Shown one piece after another: positions 60,420 through 64,000 of a DNA stretch of 64,000 bases; positions within the stretch are counted from its first letter, which is position 1; the number at the start of each line of letters is the position of its first letter. Source of the DNA: Diplonema japonicum (lineage: Eukaryota; Protista; Euglenozoa: Diplonemea); NCBI GenBank assembly GCA_964019335.1, contig OZ025661.1, positions 558,001 to 622,000 of the forward strand, read 5' to 3'. A program made the translations under genes and the position numbers. The notes under the pieces are model-generated. The model was given only the letters and a program-made list of their open reading frames with translations, was not told the origin of the DNA and did not search any database.

Positions 60420-61922
60420 ATGGGTGTGATCGGTCCGACACTGCCGATCGGGTGGTATATAAGCAGATTCGATGAAAAAAGCAGGAAAAGTAAAATCAAC
60501 AAGCAAGGGATTGCGCTGGAGGACATCGCATGTGGAGAGGCTGTGTATGAGGAAAAACGGATGAAGGGCTTCAAGGCTCTGATCAGCGAAACGGGTTGCG
60601 AAGACCTAGTTCCCGCTGCTCAGCAGATGGTGAAGTTAAACAACGTGCTCCCGAATTTGAACTTCCCCCCTCACGTCACCGCATGTCTAATGCAGCTAAC
60701 AAAATGCCCTCCAAAGGAGCTCGAAGTCTTGTCCAGCCTGTTCCGAAAGCTGACCATGTCGCAGGACAAAAAAGAGGTTCTACCTGCATTCGTTCTGGCT
60801 CAGGCGTTTAAAAAAATATTCCCCACACCATCGCATGCACACTTGTCTCCCAACCTCCTTAGTTCCATGATTTTAATACTTATTAGAGGCGGTCTTCCAC
60901 ACACAGCAGGGTGTAAAGCAGAAGTTTCCCTTTTTGAGGTGGGTTCGATCCTTAAAAGAGCGAAAAAACCAGGGCAACACAACACGGAACCGGAGTGCAT
61001 CAGAGAAGCGGGGAATGTTGAAAACGTGTTTGTTTGTTACAGAACCACAGCGGCTGTTAAAAAAGGCGAGAGGCTGGTGCTGCCCGACAGCGAAACGCTT
61101 TTCGAAGACATATTCGAGGCGATTTCTCACGACTCGGACCCGTCGTGCGCTTGTACATATTCACCTCCATCTAATCTGAACGAGACAGGTAAGGCGGAAC
61201 CCCTTGGACTGCCACTTGAACCAGCGGCAAAACTGAACCCAATCGACCTTCCCGGAAGAGGTGGGAATGGTAGGATCGCATTCACGATTGACGATGTTTT
61301 CACCAAAAAAGAGTGTGAAGCCATGTCAGAAATGGCCTTCGGTTCGTGGGACAGCACGCTCCCGTACAAACAGATGTTGAAAACAGGAACCGCCGACCAC
61401 TACCGACTTTTGAAATCGGGCTCAGACATCCACGATGTGATCTGGAACAGAATCCAGAAGCACTGCCCACATGAGTGGAACGGGTGGAAAGTCGGGGGTT
61501 TGAATGACAGAGCAAGGTTTATCCAGTATGACAAGGGAGACCGATTCCTTGCGCACACAGACGGCGAGTACAGCATCAACGAGGGTTCGCGTAAAGGCTG
61601 GAGAAGTTTTATCACCGTTCAAGTGTACCTGACTGAAGGCATGGAAGGCGGTTCCACTCGATTCGTCAACGGCGACATCCCCATCTGCGACTCAAAACCT
61701 AAAATAGGCAAAGTGCTTGTATTTGAGCACTGTATGAGGCACACCGGTGAAGAAGTGACCAACGACACCCGCAAGCAGATCATCCGAACAGAGGTCCTGT
61801 ACCGACCGCCTGCCACGGGGCTCAACAGAGGCGTCCAAGCATCGCTCTCCAAACAGTTCGTCGAAGGCGCCGACGGGCTCAATCTCCCTTTCGAACAGCA
61901 TCTTCCTGGTACTTCAGCTTAG
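60420..61922 (+). CDS. 2OG-Fe(II) oxygenase (prolyl-4-hydroxylase-like) with possible degenerate SET-like N-terminal region
   Basis: HTD...YL...GGSTRF...LVFEH..RH.G..V....K..IRT. VCYRTTAAVKKGERLVL resembles a SET C-terminus. Confidence 0.8.
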   Translation: MGVIGPTLPIGWYISRFDEKSRKSKINKQGIALEDIACGEAVYEEKRMKGFKALISETGCEDLVPAAQQMVKLNNVLPNLNFPPHVTACLMQLTKCPPKELEVLSSLFRKLTMSQDKKEVLPAFVLAQAFKKIFPTPSHAHLSPNLLSSMILILIRGGLPHTAGCKAEVSLFEVGSILKRAKKPGQHNTEPECIREAGNVENVFVCYRTTAAVKKGERLVLPDSETLFEDIFEAISHDSDPSCACTYSPPSNLNETGKAEPLGLPLEPAAKLNPIDLPGRGGNGRIAFTIDDVFTKKECEAMSEMAFGSWDSTLPYKQMLKTGTADHYRLLKSGSDIHDVIWNRIQKHCPHEWNGWKVGGLNDRARFIQYDKGDRFLAHTDGEYSINEGSRKGWRSFITVQVYLTEGMEGGSTRFVNGDIPICDSKPKIGKVLVFEHCMRHTGEEVTNDTRKQIIRTEVLYRPPATGLNRGVQASLSKQFVEGADGLNLPFEQHLPGTSA

Positions 61923-62244
61923 AATTTTTTTTTCTTGTTGTCTTTTTTTTTTTTTTTTCTTTTTGCTCCCCGGCTGAAGGTGCTGTAAACGAATCACGAC
62001 ATATGTATATCCCTGTCCCTAACACCCGCTGCACTCCACAGTTCCCACCAGACATCGTTGCCTGAGTTCCTACGGAACTCTATAGCCTTCCTCTTTGTCT
62101 TGCCTCCCGGCAACGACTTCCTGTAGTCAAACAGTCCTTTGTACGGGGCATCGAACTACGTTATCATGTCGGCCTTCCTGCAAACAAAAATTCCCTTAGA
62201 GGGAATTCAAAAAAAAAAAAAAAAAATCAAAACAAAATCAGGAA

Positions 62245-64000
62245 ATGAAAAATGTGTTGATTACAGAGCCGGCTGCCTTTACCAGAAAACTGAGTGCGTC
62301 CAGTGTCAACGATGTCATTAGAGAGATTAAGATCACGGGGATGAAGGATGTGGCTCTTCACGAGTGGGTCGGGTTGGTGCACCATCTATGCACGTACGCG
62401 GCAGGCGACGTCGAGATCGGGGTACTCATGTGGGTGCTCAAACTGTTGTCGGTTGTGGCGTTACGTATAATAAAACTGTCAGAGGACGATACCATCTGTC
62501 GTGTGGGGTGCGTAGAGGTGGTGCTGGACGTGTTTTCAGAGTTCGCAGGGCACCGCATGAAAAAGATAAGAGCGGTGAGCATGGAACTGATCGCGGTGAT
62601 AGCACGCCACCCCGACACACCACAAACCCTCTTGCGACTCGTATTACAAACCGCCTTGAAGCGAGTTCACGACACCGACGAGTCTATAAAACTCCGTTCC
62701 CTGGAGGCCACCCTGATCGCCATGTCGAAAATCCATGCAAAACTCCCGAAACAACAGTCGGAACTGCTTTCAAACGAGGTTCTGCAGAGGATGTCGTACC
62801 TCTCTCTCGACACCTCGTGGAGGGTGCGAAGCATGGCGGTTGACTTGCTCCCGATCTGCAAGTTCGCATCCAGGAAGATCATTGTTGAAGGCTTCGGGTG
62901 GGAAGAATGGGGCCCCAACACCCCGGATCAAACCCCTATCGTGGGTGTTCTTTGCAGGTATTTGGAAGACGAGTCCCTCCCTGTCCGACGCAAGGTGTTG
63001 AGAGCATTGAACCAGCTCAGCGAAACGGAGCAACACAGGTTCACCTCATCCTTGGCGTTCCCGTTCATAGTGGACGGATGTTACGATGAGGCTGCAGATG
63101 TCCGGCGGGCAGCCGTGTTGTTGATCTCTGAATGGGTGCGGGATGGGTTTCTACAAGACGCGGATTTATCTGTTGTTTTGGACTGTATCACGGCAGACTC
63201 ACCCATGATGACCAGAGCCGGTCTAAGGGTTCTATCCAACGCCAAGCTTGTGTCTCAAGAAACGCTTGCTCTGAGCCTCAACGTTGTTTTGACGCTTCTC
63301 TCCCACGCCGTTCTCGACGGGGTCACGCTGATGTACGACACGTTGTTCAAAATCGCGAAGAGGCACGCTTGTTGGATCCATTCTGTGTTGGACGATGTTC
63401 TCCCTCCCTGCAGCGACCTTCAGTCAATGCAACCCGTTCAGCTGAAGGGGATCCTGTTGGTCATCGCATCCGGAAACCTGTCAAAGAACCTCAAAAAAAT
63501 CGAAAAAACACATCAAAAAAGCCTGAGGCTGATCTTCAACGGAGTCTGCGGGATAGTCTACGGGTGGGACTCGAAAAAAACAACCCAGGAAGGGGTCTGC
63601 TACCAATACGATTTCACCGTGCAGCGACGGGAGATAGAAAAATACCTCGGGGTGGAGGACGACGCTCCCAACGAAGAACGGCCCACATTCTTCTCAGAGA
63701 CCGTTTCGTCGCTGCAAGAGTACTCGTCCTTCGTGATCAAAGACGGGGCGGGCTTCAAGGAGATCGTGGGCAAGCTTGTGCAAACGGCGAATTGTTGCTT
63801 CCCCATGCCGAGAATGACTGCGAAATGGCTTAAAGGATGCGTCGATCGGGTGCTGACCCTGGGTGCCTTGCAGGACAAGGTCTCAGCTTCAGGTTTCTTG
63901 GAAACCACCGATCTGCCCAGCCAGCCCTCTACACCACGCGCGGCGTGTGTTAGACAGATCGCAGCACTCGATGTAGCTTGCAACGTGGTTCAAGGCCAGC
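62245..64000 (+). CDS. HEAT-repeat protein, Integrator subunit 4 (INTS4)-like, 3'-partial
   Basis: Stop-free frame from the ATG at 62245 to the window end, absent from the ORF track. YLEDESLPVRRKVL, IVDGCYDEAADVRRAAV and DLSVVLDCI parallel INTS4 HEAT repeats. Confidence 0.65.
   Translation, partial: MKNVLITEPAAFTRKLSASSVNDVIREIKITGMKDVALHEWVGLVHHLCTYAAGDVEIGVLMWVLKLLSVVALRIIKLSEDDTICRVGCVEVVLDVFSEFAGHRMKKIRAVSMELIAVIARHPDTPQTLLRLVLQTALKRVHDTDESIKLRSLEATLIAMSKIHAKLPKQQSELLSNEVLQRMSYLSLDTSWRVRSMAVDLLPICKFASRKIIVEGFGWEEWGPNTPDQTPIVGVLCRYLEDESLPVRRKVLRALNQLSETEQHRFTSSLAFPFIVDGCYDEAADVRRAAVLLISEWVRDGFLQDADLSVVLDCITADSPMMTRAGLRVLSNAKLVSQETLALSLNVVLTLLSHAVLDGVTLMYDTLFKIAKRHACWIHSVLDDVLPPCSDLQSMQPVQLKGILLVIASGNLSKNLKKIEKTHQKSLRLIFNGVCGIVYGWDSKKTTQEGVCYQYDFTVQRREIEKYLGVEDDAPNEERPTFFSETVSSLQEYSSFVIKDGAGFKEIVGKLVQTANCCFPMPRMTAKWLKGCVDRVLTLGALQDKVSASGFLETTDLPSQPSTPRAACVRQIAALDVACNVVQGQ

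Overview
Eukaryotic protist DNA, most likely a euglenozoan such as a diplonemid (inference). All host protein genes lie on the + strand, several are preceded by ACACAG-like acceptor sites, and their tiny GT-AG introns have A/AC-rich rather than pyrimidine-rich 3' ends. The left half (about 4.8-37 kb) is an accessory region rich in piggyBac, pogo and LINE relics. It holds two adjacent giant genes with a shared AIG1/GIMAP-like GTPase head. Gene A (6694-15455) is GTPase + helical region + SecA-type SF2 helicase + vWA. Gene B (15981-23988) is GTPase + helical region + three CbbX/SpoVK-type AAA+ ATPases. Both are broken by small frameshifts and are followed by decayed copies A' and B' in the same order, with a hypervariable patch in the vWA domain. 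This is the best candidate for an undescribed NTP-driven conflict/immunity system. A 5'-partial ankyrin gene and a GH3 xylosidase open the window. The right half is housekeeping: threonine dehydratase, an 8-knuckle CCHC protein, NPEPL1-like aminopeptidase, a PH/EF-hand USP, Costars, a Canopy-like protein, RING-BRCT, TatD, SmD3, a 2OG oxygenase and an INTS4-like gene. There are four tRNA genes; two of them, together with two retrotransposons, sit inside a 7.5-kb intron of the USP gene. Coordinates were read by hand and may be off by a few nt.
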